NCBI GenBank assembly: GCA_964615505.1
Contig: CAZTOR010000001.1
Coordinates: 1 to 57,681 of the forward strand
From: Candidatus Woesearchaeota archaeon
Lineage (GTDB): Archaea; Nanobdellota; Nanobdellia; UBA10117; ARS21
DNA length: 57,681 bases
Direction: 5' to 3'
Shown piece by piece: positions 42,732 through 52,236 of this stretch. Position 1 is the stretch's first letter. Every line of letters begins with the position of its first letter. The notes below the pieces were generated by a model. That model saw nothing but the letters and a program-made list of their open reading frames with translations, was not told the origin of the DNA and searched no databases. The position numbers were made by a program, and so were the translations under genes.

Positions 42732-44157
42732 TTTGTAACAATTCTTTCATCCTCTTTTCCTTATGATAAGAAACCCAATAGTATTTCTCATCAATTGTGT
42801 TTTTAGTGATTAATAAATAAATCTTTCCAATATTCATTCTACCAATTCTACCTCTTCTTTGTATTGTTCGAAGTGCAGAGGGAACAGGTTCATAGAAAAT
42901 ACCGATATCTGCATTTTCTATATGAATTCCTTCTTCAGAGACGCTTGTTGCAACCAATACATTAAATTTACCGGATTTATATTCTTCCAAAACTTCAATC
43001 TGCTTTTTTTGCGAAAGTCCACCTCGTTGACCAACAAAAGCCTTAGCTTTTGCGGGAGAATTTGAATTTATAAATTCGACTAATTCATCAACCGTATTTC
43101 TATATTGTGAAAAAATAATTACTTTTGAAGAATCATCAATTAGTTCTATGATTTTCTTCATCTTTTCGTGATACAATGCTTTTGATTTTTCAGATAATAA
43201 TTTAACACGAGAATATCTCCAATCTTCAACAATTTTCTTAGACGCCTTAACTTTCAAAACTTGAGATTCAATTTTTAACAAAGCTTCCTTAAATGATCTA
43301 ATCGATTGCGTTTCCAACATTTCAATTAAATGTAATAACTTTATGCACATCGTTATATTAGAAATAAGGAAATAAGTCTCAATTTCTTTATTTTCTCGTG
43401 CGAACAAACTTTTTTGAAGCAATAATAATTTTGATTTTCTAATTTTACTCGAGTCAGCAGATTTTACTAAATTGTTAGAATAAAGAATTTGAACACCATC
43501 TTTCAATATACTTTTTAACAATTTAGATATTTCTTTTTGTGTATCGTTCAATTCAACAAATATTTTTTCTTGAGTTTTATCCTTAACAAAATCCTTCATC
43601 GAAGATTCATCCTTAAATTCAAAGTGTTTAATATACAGGTTTTTTTGAATTTCATTCAATCGTTCCTTTGTTGATGCTGGGCTAGCACTCATTGCTAAAA
43701 TTTGAGAAGAATCACAAAACTTATCTGCTAACCAAGTATAAGCATAATCTCCGACCGCTCGATGCGCTTCATCAAAAATTACTAATGAAAAATCCCGGGG
43801 ATCTAGATAACGTTTAATTAAGTCTGATTCAACTGTTTGTGGAGTGGCACAAATTATTTTTGATTTGTTCCACAATTCTTTTCGGGAAGCCGGATCAACT
43901 GCTCCCGTCAAAACAACAATTTCATCAGATTCATAAAAATATTCATCAAAACTAGATTTATGCTGAACAACTAATGGTTTTGTCGGTGCTAACATCAAAA
44001 TTTTTCCAGTCTTTATTTTTAAACCTGAAAGCGCAATTGCTACAATTGTTTTACCTGCTCCTGTAGGTAGAACTAAAAACGAATTTTTATCATAAATTTT
44101 ACCTAAAACTGCTTCTTGATAATTTCTCAAATTCAATTTTTCATTCAGAAAATGCAT
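42715..44157 (-). CDS. Hef-type SF2 helicase module (DEAH) as a separate ORF
   Basis: Walker A PTGAGKT, FDEAH, SAS and motif VI QRRGRIGR, with an inserted helical domain between the two RecA lobes as in Hef/FANCM helicases. Confidence 0.85.
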   Translation of the reverse strand: MHFLNEKLNLRNYQEAVLGKIYDKNSFLVLPTGAGKTIVAIALSGLKIKTGKILMLAPTKPLVVQHKSSFDEYFYESDEIVVLTGAVDPASRKELWNKSKIICATPQTVESDLIKRYLDPRDFSLVIFDEAHRAVGDYAYTWLADKFCDSSQILAMSASPASTKERLNEIQKNLYIKHFEFKDESSMKDFVKDKTQEKIFVELNDTQKEISKLLKSILKDGVQILYSNNLVKSADSSKIRKSKLLLLQKSLFARENKEIETYFLISNITMCIKLLHLIEMLETQSIRSFKEALLKIESQVLKVKASKKIVEDWRYSRVKLLSEKSKALYHEKMKKIIELIDDSSKVIIFSQYRNTVDELVEFINSNSPAKAKAFVGQRGGLSQKKQIEVLEEYKSGKFNVLVATSVSEEGIHIENADIGIFYEPVPSALRTIQRRGRIGRMNIGKIYLLITKNTIDEKYYWVSYHKEKRMKELLQNENNY

Positions 44158-44813
44158 TATAATTTCGAGACAAATTTCTTTAAACTACTTTTGTGTCCTG
44201 CACCAACGATAACTAGTATTTTCGATTCAGGAAACTTATCCGTAATCATTTTTACTTGTTTTTGCATGTATTTATCTCGATCTGATACCAATGCCTTATA
44301 AAAATAAGGAAATTTATGTTTCATCTCGCTAACTAATGTTTTAACAACAGAATCCTTGGGAACACTCTTCAAGTCAAATTTTACTCGTTTCTTACTAATA
44401 AATCCTCCAAACAAAACATAGGCAAAAAGTTTTAATTTTTCAGTAAATGGAACTCGTTTTGATAAATTTCTCAACGTAATTGAAATATCTTGATCAATTA
44501 ATGCAACTTTAGCACCATGTTTTTTAGCTTCAACAATTGCGGAGCGCATATCTATACCTGGCTTCGAACCCGCACGCCGTCCCAAAACTTTTTGAGAAAT
44601 AGATCCAAGCAAATAAAAGAAAAATCCGAACAATCCTAATTTAGTAATATGCGATAATTTAATTTTTCCTCGACTTTTCTGAAACAATGATTTATATCTA
44701 TTAATGTCTAACTCAACACAAACTATGTCTGGCTCAAATTCTTTAATAGAGCGTTTAATTTCAGTTACACTATCTTTTGATATATGCGAAGTACCAATAA
44801 TTTTTATTTCCAT
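44157..44813 (-). CDS. TraB/PrgY family protein
   Basis: IIGTSHISKDSVTEIKRSIKEFEPDIVCVELD and C-terminal VGAGH match the TraB family pattern. Confidence 0.7.
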   Translation of the reverse strand: MEIKIIGTSHISKDSVTEIKRSIKEFEPDIVCVELDINRYKSLFQKSRGKIKLSHITKLGLFGFFFYLLGSISQKVLGRRAGSKPGIDMRSAIVEAKKHGAKVALIDQDISITLRNLSKRVPFTEKLKLFAYVLFGGFISKKRVKFDLKSVPKDSVVKTLVSEMKHKFPYFYKALVSDRDKYMQKQVKMITDKFPESKILVIVGAGHKSSLKKFVSKL

Positions 44814-44832
44814 ATGCTAATGACTAGAAACA

Positions 44833-44844
44833 TTTAAATTTAAA
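44833..44844. promoter_or_regulatory. palindromic shared TATA element (tttaaatttaaa) between divergent genes
   Basis: Centred at about 44838.5. The midpoint of the divergent starts (44813 minus, 44862 plus) is 44837.5. This is the same geometry as at 38129-38141. Confidence 0.4.
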
Positions 44845-44861
44845 AAAGCTATTTCAAGACT

Positions 44862-45119
44862 ATGTTAGTTACTAAAAATCTAAATAGCGTAAATGGAATA
44901 GATGTTTATACTGATTCTGGAGAATATTTTGGAAAAATTGAAGAAGCAATTTTACATTCAAATAAGATCGATTCTTGGAGAGTTAGAGCAACATCCAGAT
45001 CATATTTATCGAAAGCAATGCCTGGTGCTAAAGGAGTTATTTTACCACACCATCACGTAAAAGCAATCGGAGATATCATGTTAGTATCACGTGCAGCAGC
45101 ACCGGCATATCAAGAATAA
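44862..45119 (+). CDS. stand-alone PRC-barrel domain protein (85 aa)
   Basis: Shows the PRC-barrel pattern VNGIDVYTDSGEYFGKIEEAILHSNKIDSWRV ... LPHHHVKAIGDIMLV. Confidence 0.65.
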   Translation: MLVTKNLNSVNGIDVYTDSGEYFGKIEEAILHSNKIDSWRVRATSRSYLSKAMPGAKGVILPHHHVKAIGDIMLVSRAAAPAYQE

Positions 45120-45166
45120 ATATGTCGATTTGATAACTTTAAAAATTTTTACCAACGCATTTCTAA

Positions 45167-46990
45167 ATGAGTTTTAAAGATACGTCTTCCTTAAACATAC
45201 CTCTAGATCTAGTAAATAAGATAATTGGTCAAACTCGAGCCGTATCACTAATTAAAAAAGCTGCCAAGCAACGTAGACATATATTACTAATTGGTGAGCC
45301 AGGAACGGGAAAATCAATGTTGGGACAAGCATTATCTTATCTGGTTCCAAAAGAGGCGCTAAAAGATATTTTAATTTTACCAAACTCTTCAGATGAGAAT
45401 ACTCCGTTAGTGCGCCCAATACTTTCAGGCAGAGGCAAGGAATTATTATCTCGTGCCAGAGATAATTTATCTGTTTCTACAAGAAGACAATCAGTTATGT
45501 TTGCAATTTTAGCAATAGTTGCATTAATGTTGCCGTGGTGGTTACGGGGAATTTATGGAGATATAATGGCCGCAGCATCTCTAATTTCAGGAATGATGTT
45601 CTTAATGATTTACGCAGTTTCAATAAATATGGTTTCAAAAAAGAAAAAGACTAACGAACCAAAATTATTAATTGATACAAGCAAAAAGCAAAATGCACCA
45701 TTCATCGATGCTACAGGTGCACACGCAGGCGCTCTTTTCGGAGATGTAAGACACGATCCATTCCAATCAGGTGGTCTTGGAACACCTGCACATCTACGAG
45801 TTGAACCAGGAATGATTCATCGTGCAAATAAAGGAGTTCTATTTATAGATGAAGTCGCAACATTAAACCCAATTACTCAACAAGATTTATTGACTGCCAT
45901 GCAAGAGAAGAAATATTCAATTACCGGAAAATCGGAAAGATCTGCTGGTGCAATGGTTAGAACTGAACCAGTACCTTGTGATTTTATTTTAGTGGCGGCA
46001 GGAAATGTAGATACAATAAAAAATATGCATCCTGCGCTAAGATCAAGAATTCGAGGATATGGTTATGAAATTGTTATGGAGAATGACATCGCAGATACTA
46101 AGAAAAACCGCGAATTTTATTATCAATTTATTGCACAAGAAGTTTCAAAAGACGGCAAAATACCTCACTTTTCTAAACCGGCATGTAATGAAATTATCAG
46201 AGTTGCTAGAAAGATGTCCGGTAAAAAGAAGAAATTAACTTTAAAATTCAGAGAGTTAGGCGGATTAGTGAGGGCAGCAGGAGATTTGGCAAAAGAAGAT
46301 AAATCTAAATTAGTTGAATTAAAACATGTCAAGTCCGCGGAATTAATTTCTAAAACACTGGAACAACAACTTGCAGACAAACACATTACTCATGTCAGCG
46401 ATTATAGAGTGGTTAGAAGAGAAGGAGAAGAAATCGGACGAGTAAATGGTTTGGCAGTTATTGGTCAATCTGGAATAGTATTACCTATTGAGGCAGAAGT
46501 AACTTCCGGTGGAAAGAAAAAAGAAATAATTGCAACAGGACAATTGGGCAAAATCGCTAAAGAGGCAATAGAAAATGTTTCGGCCATTGTTATGAAATCA
46601 TTTGGTAAAGATATTAAAGAGAAATATGATATTTATGTGCAATTTATACAAACGTATGAGGGCGTTGAAGGAGATTCCGCTTCAGTATCTGTTGCAACAG
46701 CAATCATTTCAGCATTAAGCGGAATTCCGGTTCGGCAAGATGTAGCGATGACAGGAAGTTTATCTATCCGCGGCGAAGTATTACCTGTCGGCGGGATTAC
46801 ACCCAAGATTGAGGCAGCAATTAATTCGGGAATCGAAGAAATAATTATTCCTGAAGCAAATTCTGAAGATATAGTTTTAGATGCCAAACAACTTTCAAAA
46901 ATCAAAATTCATAAAGCCGCTCGAATTGAAGATGTACTTAAAGTATCATTAAATAAAAGAAAAAGTAAAAAAATATTATCTAAATTCTAA
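45167..46990 (+). CDS. lonB: archaeal membrane-anchored Lon protease (LonB)
   Basis: Walker A GEPGTGKS, with a TM insertion in the AAA+ module ([13 protein letters not shown]...MMFLMIYAV). The protease Ser is in EGDSASV and the Lys is in [10 protein letters not shown]. Confidence 0.9.
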   Translation: MSFKDTSSLNIPLDLVNKIIGQTRAVSLIKKAAKQRRHILLIGEPGTGKSMLGQALSYLVPKEALKDILILPNSSDENTPLVRPILSGRGKELLSRARDNLSVSTRRQSVMFAILAIVALMLPWWLRGIYGDIMAAASLISGMMFLMIYAVSINMVSKKKKTNEPKLLIDTSKKQNAPFIDATGAHAGALFGDVRHDPFQSGGLGTPAHLRVEPGMIHRANKGVLFIDEVATLNPITQQDLLTAMQEKKYSITGKSERSAGAMVRTEPVPCDFILVAAGNVDTIKNMHPALRSRIRGYGYEIVMENDIADTKKNREFYYQFIAQEVSKDGKIPHFSKPACNEIIRVARKMSGKKKKLTLKFRELGGLVRAAGDLAKEDKSKLVELKHVKSAELISKTLEQQLADKHITHVSDYRVVRREGEEIGRVNGLAVIGQSGIVLPIEAEVTSGGKKKEIIATGQLGKIAKEAIENVSAIVMKSFGKDIKEKYDIYVQFIQTYEGVEGDSASVSVATAIISALSGIPVRQDVAMTGSLSIRGEVLPVGGITPKIEAAINSGIEEIIIPEANSEDIVLDAKQLSKIKIHKAARIEDVLKVSLNKRKSKKILSKF

Positions 46991-46992
46991 CT

Positions 46993-47148
46993 ATGGTAAA
47001 AATTGATGAGCTTAAGGTTGAACGCATTAACAAAGTTTTGAATAAATCTAATTTCAAAGATCTCGATTCGTTTGTAAATCATGCTATAGAATTACTACTT
47101 TTTGCAGAAGAGAACAAAGATAAGTTCAATGAATTAACTCGTTCGTAA
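46993..47148 (+). CDS. possible small ribbon-helix-helix-like protein (51 aa)
   Basis: This ORF is not in the track because it is under 60 aa: MVKIDELKVERINKVLNKSNFKDLDSFVNHAIELLLFAEENKDKFNELTRS. It starts 2 nt after the lonB stop and fills an otherwise non-coding 190-nt gap. Its beta-alpha-alpha pattern is plausible for RHH, but the support is weak. Confidence 0.3.
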   Translation: MVKIDELKVERINKVLNKSNFKDLDSFVNHAIELLLFAEENKDKFNELTRS

Positions 47149-47179
47149 TCCTTAAAAGTATTCAACTTGAAAATTTTAG

Positions 47180-48451
47180 ATGCTTGACATAAAATTATTT
47201 CGAGATAATTCATCGTTAATTAAAGAATCTGAAAAGAGACGATTCAAGGACCCGAAGCTCGTTGACGAAGTTTTGAAATATGACGAATTGTGGAGAAAAG
47301 AAATTGCAAAATTATCGCAACTGAGATCTATGCGTAATACTGTTTCTAAAGAAATCAATCAATTGAAAAAGGAAGGAAAATCAGCAAGTTCCAAAATAAA
47401 GGCTATGCGAGATACTTCTGAGAAAATTTCAAAGATCGACGCAAAGGCAAAGAAATACCTTATCTCTCGTGATGAATTAAGATATAAAGTTGGAAATATT
47501 TTGGACGAAACAGTTCCAATCGCTAAAGATGAATCGGGAAACGTCACTATTCGAAAATGGGGCAAACCAAATAAATTTAAATTTAAACCAAAGCATCAAG
47601 CAGATTTAATTAAGATAATCGATGGTGCAGATTTGGATCGAGCATCAAAATATTCCGGATCAAGATTTTATTATCTGAAAAATGAATTGGCTATATTAAA
47701 TCTAGCCTTAATAAAATACGGAATGGATAAATTGACAAAGTCTGGTTTCACGCCCATGACTACACCTGTAATGTTGAGACACGCTCCAATGAAGGCTGCA
47801 GCAGAACTTGCTGACTTTGAAGAACAACTTTACAAAATCGAAGGTGAAGATGCATTCCTTATTGCAACTAGCGAACAAACTCTCGCAGTTTATCATATGA
47901 ATGAAGTTTTGACTCACAAAGATTTACCAAAAGCATATTCTGCGTATTCTTTATGTTTCAGAAAAGAAGCAGGAAGTCATGGAAAGGATACAAAAGGAAT
48001 ATTCAGAGTTCATCAATTCGATAAAATCGAACAATATGTTTTCTGTCATCCTAACGAATCAGCCAAGTGGCATGAAAAGATGATAAAGCTGACTGAAGCT
48101 TTGTTTAAAGGACTAGAAATTCCGTATCAGGTGGTAAATATTGCTTCAGGCGATATGAATGACAATGGATCAAAAAAGTATGATATTGAAGGATGGTTCC
48201 CTACACAAAATACTTATCGAGAGCTATGTTCTGGGACAAATTGTGCTGATTACCAAGCGCGAAAACTAAATGTAAAATTTGACGACAAGGACGGTTCCAG
48301 GAAAATAGTACATACGCTAAATTGCACTGCACTGGCAACCGAGCGAACCATTGCTTGTTTAATTGAAAACCACCAAAATAAAGATGGCTCAATCAATATA
48401 CCGAAGGCGCTTTGGAAATATACTGGTTTCAAAAAAATCAAACCGAAATGA
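47180..48451 (+). CDS. serS: seryl-tRNA synthetase
   Basis: MLDIKLFRDN start, an N-terminal coiled-coil arm and class II motifs (FRKEAGSHGKDTKGIFRVHQF and GTNCADYQARKLN). Confidence 0.95.
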   Translation: MLDIKLFRDNSSLIKESEKRRFKDPKLVDEVLKYDELWRKEIAKLSQLRSMRNTVSKEINQLKKEGKSASSKIKAMRDTSEKISKIDAKAKKYLISRDELRYKVGNILDETVPIAKDESGNVTIRKWGKPNKFKFKPKHQADLIKIIDGADLDRASKYSGSRFYYLKNELAILNLALIKYGMDKLTKSGFTPMTTPVMLRHAPMKAAAELADFEEQLYKIEGEDAFLIATSEQTLAVYHMNEVLTHKDLPKAYSAYSLCFRKEAGSHGKDTKGIFRVHQFDKIEQYVFCHPNESAKWHEKMIKLTEALFKGLEIPYQVVNIASGDMNDNGSKKYDIEGWFPTQNTYRELCSGTNCADYQARKLNVKFDDKDGSRKIVHTLNCTALATERTIACLIENHQNKDGSINIPKALWKYTGFKKIKPK

Positions 48452-49056
48452 AAATTTTAGCATTTACGGACACTCATTCCGAAAAAAAATATGTTAACAA
48501 ACTTAGAAAGGATTACGAAAAACATAATCCGGATATTTTGGTCTTGGCAGGAGACTTCACTAAACTAGGAAAAAATATAACAAAGAACCTACAGAATTTA
48601 CACTTTGGTAAAAAATTACTTTTTATTCCTGGAAACCACGAGGAAAGAAAAAAGTTCAACCCAAAGTTAAAGAATATACTTTCAATCCACAACGATAAAT
48701 TTGAAGTTAATAATATTTTATTTATTGGTTGCGGCGGAGGATTTAGTGGTTTAATTGAAGAGAATCTAAAAAAATCAAAAATGAATCTGGAAAAGTTGAT
48801 TAAGGAATTCAGAATTAAAAACAAAAATGGAAAAGTAGTGCTAGTTACTCATCGACCGCCTTATGGAACAACTTGTGACTATATGACTGAAATTGATCAA
48901 CACGTAGGTGCTAAAAATATCAAAAATTTCCTAATTAAAAATAAAATAGATTTAAGTTTATGTGGTCATATTCATGAATGCTTCGGAAAATCGGACCAAA
49001 TTGGTAAAACCTTAGTAATAAATCCTGGACCAACTGGATCAATCATTGAAATATAA
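48448..49056 (+). CDS. calcineurin-like metallophosphoesterase
   Basis: Motifs ILAFTDTHS, LAGDF, PGNHE and CGHIH. The ATG at 48448 forms an ATGA overlap with the serS stop, so the longer track start at 48412 is unlikely. Confidence 0.75.
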   Translation: MKILAFTDTHSEKKYVNKLRKDYEKHNPDILVLAGDFTKLGKNITKNLQNLHFGKKLLFIPGNHEERKKFNPKLKNILSIHNDKFEVNNILFIGCGGGFSGLIEENLKKSKMNLEKLIKEFRIKNKNGKVVLVTHRPPYGTTCDYMTEIDQHVGAKNIKNFLIKNKIDLSLCGHIHECFGKSDQIGKTLVINPGPTGSIIEI

Positions 49057-51071
49057 TGGAATTAATTATTACTGAAAAACCCAGTGCAGCACTGAAAGTT
49101 GCTCAAAGCATCGGAAAGTTCAAAGTCAAAACTAAAAAAAGAGTAAAATATTATGAATCGTACGATGGTAAAATAATTATAGCTCCTGCAGTAGGACATT
49201 TATTCGGATTAACTAAGAATGAACGATTTTATCCAGTATTTGATTTGAGGTGGGCACCTTCGTTCGAGAATTCAAGATCTTCGGCATTCTCAAAACCATA
49301 CTTCGATTTAATAAAATCTCTCGGAAAAAAAGCAAAAACGGTAACTGTAGCTACAGACTATGATTTAGAGGGCGAAGTTATTGGACTAAATATTATTCGA
49401 GAACTATTAAAACTCAAAGATGCAAATCGCATGAAATTCTCCACATTAACTTCCGATGAGTTAAATGAATCTTATTCGTCTAAGTCTAAGACATTAAACT
49501 GGGGTCAGGCAAATGCAGGAATTGTCAGACACACTCTTGATTGGTATTACGGGATAAATTTATCTCAAATAATTTCATCATCAGTCTCAAAAGCTTTGAA
49601 TCGATATCAACCGATGAGTATAGGCAGAGTTCAAGGCCCCACGTTGGCAATTTTGGCGGAAAGAGAATTAAAAATCAAAAAATTCAAACCAGATCCTTTC
49701 TGGCAAATATTTGCAAAATTATGGCTAAACAAAAAATCAATCAAAGCAATTCACGAAAGAGATAAATTTTTTGATAAAACGGAAGCAAAAAAAATATTTA
49801 AAGAAGTTGATGGGAAAGACGGAACGATCTCAAATATTTTCAAATCCAAACAAAAAATTTCACCTCCAGTCCCATTCGATTTAACCAGTCTACAGTTAGA
49901 AGCGTATAGATTATTCAAATATTCTCCTTCTATGACTTTGAAGATTGCTCAGACCTTATATTCTAACGCCTATATCTCCTATCCTAGAACTTCATCTCAA
50001 AAATTACCGAAATTACTAAATTTCTCTAAAATTCTTAATAAATTATCTAAAAATTCGAAATACACTAAAATGGCGAACGAAGTCCTTCAAACCAAATTAA
50101 AACCGAATGAGGGCCGAAAGTCAGACCCTGCTCATCCCGCAATACACCCTACCGGCGATCGACCTGGAAAAATTTCACCATATGAATTGAAAATCTACGA
50201 TTTAATTGTTCGCAGGTTCTTTGCAGTATTTGGAGAACCTGGTGAACGAGAATCAACTCGTGTGAAATTGGACATATCTGGAGAAAACTTCAAATTCGGA
50301 GGCGCTATAACTACGAAAAAAGGATGGATGAGTTGGTATGGTCCTTATGCTATGAGAAAAGAAGTGGAATTACCAAAACTAAAAATTGGACAAATTCTAA
50401 AGCAAAATTCTGAGATCGAAGAAAAAGAAACCCAACCGCCTGCAAGATTTACAACAGCATCTTTAATCAAATTACTGGAAAAAGAAGGTCTTGGAACCAA
50501 ATCAACACGGTCTTCTATAATTGAAACTCTAAGTAAGCGGAACTATATTCAAGGAAATCCGATAGAAGTGACGGATTTCGGAATGAATGTTTATTACACG
50601 TTCAAGAAATTCTCTCCTGAAATACTTTCTGTGACCTTAACGCGTAAGTTTGACAAAGCAATGGAAGATGTTCGCTTAGGAAAAATTTCAGCAGACGAAG
50701 TAATTACTGCCGCCCAAAAATCAGTTACTAAGTATCATTCTAAATTAAAAGAAAATACATCAAAAATCGGAGATGTACTTTCTAAGTCATTTGTAAATAC
50801 AAAAAAGAAAAATACGGAACTATTCCCGCACGAATGCGGTAAAATGTTAGTAGTTAGGCGGTCCCGAGCAAGTAAAAAAAGATTTATTGCATGTAGCGGG
50901 TATCCTAAATGTAAATTTACTTGGCCATTACCACAGAAAGGAGTTTTAACAGTAACAAAGAATAAATGCGAGGATTGTAATACTATTATCTTACAAACTC
51001 GAAGCGGACGAAGACCTTGGAAATTCTGTCCAAATCCTGATTGCAAATCTAAAGATGAAAAATCCAAATAG
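49056..51071 (+). CDS. topA: type IA DNA topoisomerase
   Basis: Toprim domain (ELIITEKPS and DYDLEGE), active-site Tyr context YISYPRTSSQ, and two C-terminal Cys4 zinc ribbons. Confidence 0.9.
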   Translation: MELIITEKPSAALKVAQSIGKFKVKTKKRVKYYESYDGKIIIAPAVGHLFGLTKNERFYPVFDLRWAPSFENSRSSAFSKPYFDLIKSLGKKAKTVTVATDYDLEGEVIGLNIIRELLKLKDANRMKFSTLTSDELNESYSSKSKTLNWGQANAGIVRHTLDWYYGINLSQIISSSVSKALNRYQPMSIGRVQGPTLAILAERELKIKKFKPDPFWQIFAKLWLNKKSIKAIHERDKFFDKTEAKKIFKEVDGKDGTISNIFKSKQKISPPVPFDLTSLQLEAYRLFKYSPSMTLKIAQTLYSNAYISYPRTSSQKLPKLLNFSKILNKLSKNSKYTKMANEVLQTKLKPNEGRKSDPAHPAIHPTGDRPGKISPYELKIYDLIVRRFFAVFGEPGERESTRVKLDISGENFKFGGAITTKKGWMSWYGPYAMRKEVELPKLKIGQILKQNSEIEEKETQPPARFTTASLIKLLEKEGLGTKSTRSSIIETLSKRNYIQGNPIEVTDFGMNVYYTFKKFSPEILSVTLTRKFDKAMEDVRLGKISADEVITAAQKSVTKYHSKLKENTSKIGDVLSKSFVNTKKKNTELFPHECGKMLVVRRSRASKKRFIACSGYPKCKFTWPLPQKGVLTVTKNKCEDCNTIILQTRSGRRPWKFCPNPDCKSKDEKSK

Positions 51072-51205
51072 TGTTGAAGAAGATCTTGAAAATATCACTG
51101 ATGCAGAATTAGAACCAACTAAGAATAAATTCAAATGGCTATGGTTAGTTGCATGCTTCATGATTTTAATCGTAATTTTTTATTATATGTTTTAATTTAG
51201 CTATA

Positions 51206-51910
51206 TCAAAATATACTAACTTTTTTCGATCCACTTGCTTCAATTATGTCCTCAGAAGTTATCTCAAATCTAACTCTTTTAATCGGAATGGAGCGATGTT
51301 TCACTAAATTCAAATATCTTCCATCTGGATTTAATTCGAGTTTGATAATACATTTAGAAGTATATTTCATCAAATCCCCTCCAACCATTTTAATATTATC
51401 TTTCTTATCGAAGTCAGCATAAACTTGGTTCGTAAGTAAAATAGGTATAACTTTTTCATGAGATATTTTTCTCAAAACTCCTAATTGCCTAGCCATATCT
51501 TTGTTAACTGCACTGGCTTCTCTTTCCCCCATTTCCAATCGATACAACATTGAAATGGAATCTACAACAATCAGTACAGGATTGTGCACCTTCACCATTT
51601 TTTCCAGATCCGCAAAAACTTCATTCTGACCTTGGAAAGAAGTTGGCTTCTTAATAATCAAATTATTCAATCTTTTTGTGTATGATTTAGGAAACATTTG
51701 CTTAATTCTATCAACGGAAAGTCCTCCTTCAGTGTCAATGAAGATTACTTTACCTTTTCCTGCTGAGGACAAACCAACCAAAGTAGCAAAATTAGTTTTA
51801 CCACTTCCGCTTGGACCATAAATTGTTGTAGTTACTTCTGGTTCAAGACCGCCCTCTAGAATATCATCTATCAAATCCGATCCAGTTGAAATTCTATCTG
51901 CCACATTCAT
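51206..51910 (-). CDS. radB: RadB-like RecA-superfamily protein (RadA paralog)
   Basis: STGSDLIDDILEGGLE followed by Walker A GPSGSGKT and Walker B LIVVDS. The 234-aa length lacks the RadA N-terminal HhH domain. Confidence 0.8.
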   Translation of the reverse strand: MNVADRISTGSDLIDDILEGGLEPEVTTTIYGPSGSGKTNFATLVGLSSAGKGKVIFIDTEGGLSVDRIKQMFPKSYTKRLNNLIIKKPTSFQGQNEVFADLEKMVKVHNPVLIVVDSISMLYRLEMGEREASAVNKDMARQLGVLRKISHEKVIPILLTNQVYADFDKKDNIKMVGGDLMKYTSKCIIKLELNPDGRYLNLVKHRSIPIKRVRFEITSEDIIEASGSKKVSIF

Positions 51911-51949
51911 AACGTTTAAATAAACCTATTTAAGCAATTATATATCAAA

Positions 51950-52189
51950 ATGTCAGTTTCTGAAAACAAAAAAGCTTACATGAGAAAATATAACAATCGA
52001 AGTTATGTAAAGCGAAAAAAAGCAGAATATATGCGAAAAAACAGAAAATCTGCGGACGACGAAGCATCAGTTCGACTAGTAAATCTTTTGAGAGAGTATG
52101 GTTTTGAAGATTGGGCATTCGATTTTGCTCAAGAAAGAGCACCACAAATGCTAGTTTCATCAAAAGTAGCTTCACGTAGACGAAGATAA
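51950..52189 (+). CDS. small highly basic protein (79 aa), unknown function
   Basis: Lys/Arg-rich N-terminus and an RRRR C-terminus. A TATA-like gtttaaataaac lies about 25-35 nt upstream. I prefer it over the overlapping hydrophobic antisense ORF 51945-52199. Confidence 0.4.
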   Translation: MSVSENKKAYMRKYNNRSYVKRKKAEYMRKNRKSADDEASVRLVNLLREYGFEDWAFDFAQERAPQMLVSSKVASRRRR

Positions 52190-52236
52190 AGGCATCCACT
52201 AAATCAGCTTTTAAAATTTAACTATATCTGATTATT

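Noticed and set aside
51055-51195. A 46-aa ORF (MKNPNSVEEDLENITDAELEPTKNKFKWLWLVACFMILIVIFYYMF) overlaps the topA 3' end and has a C-terminal hydrophobic helix.
   Set aside because: It is plausible as a tail-anchored mini-protein filling the topA-radB gap. However, it is too short, has no motif or promoter or RBS support, and cannot be distinguished from chance.
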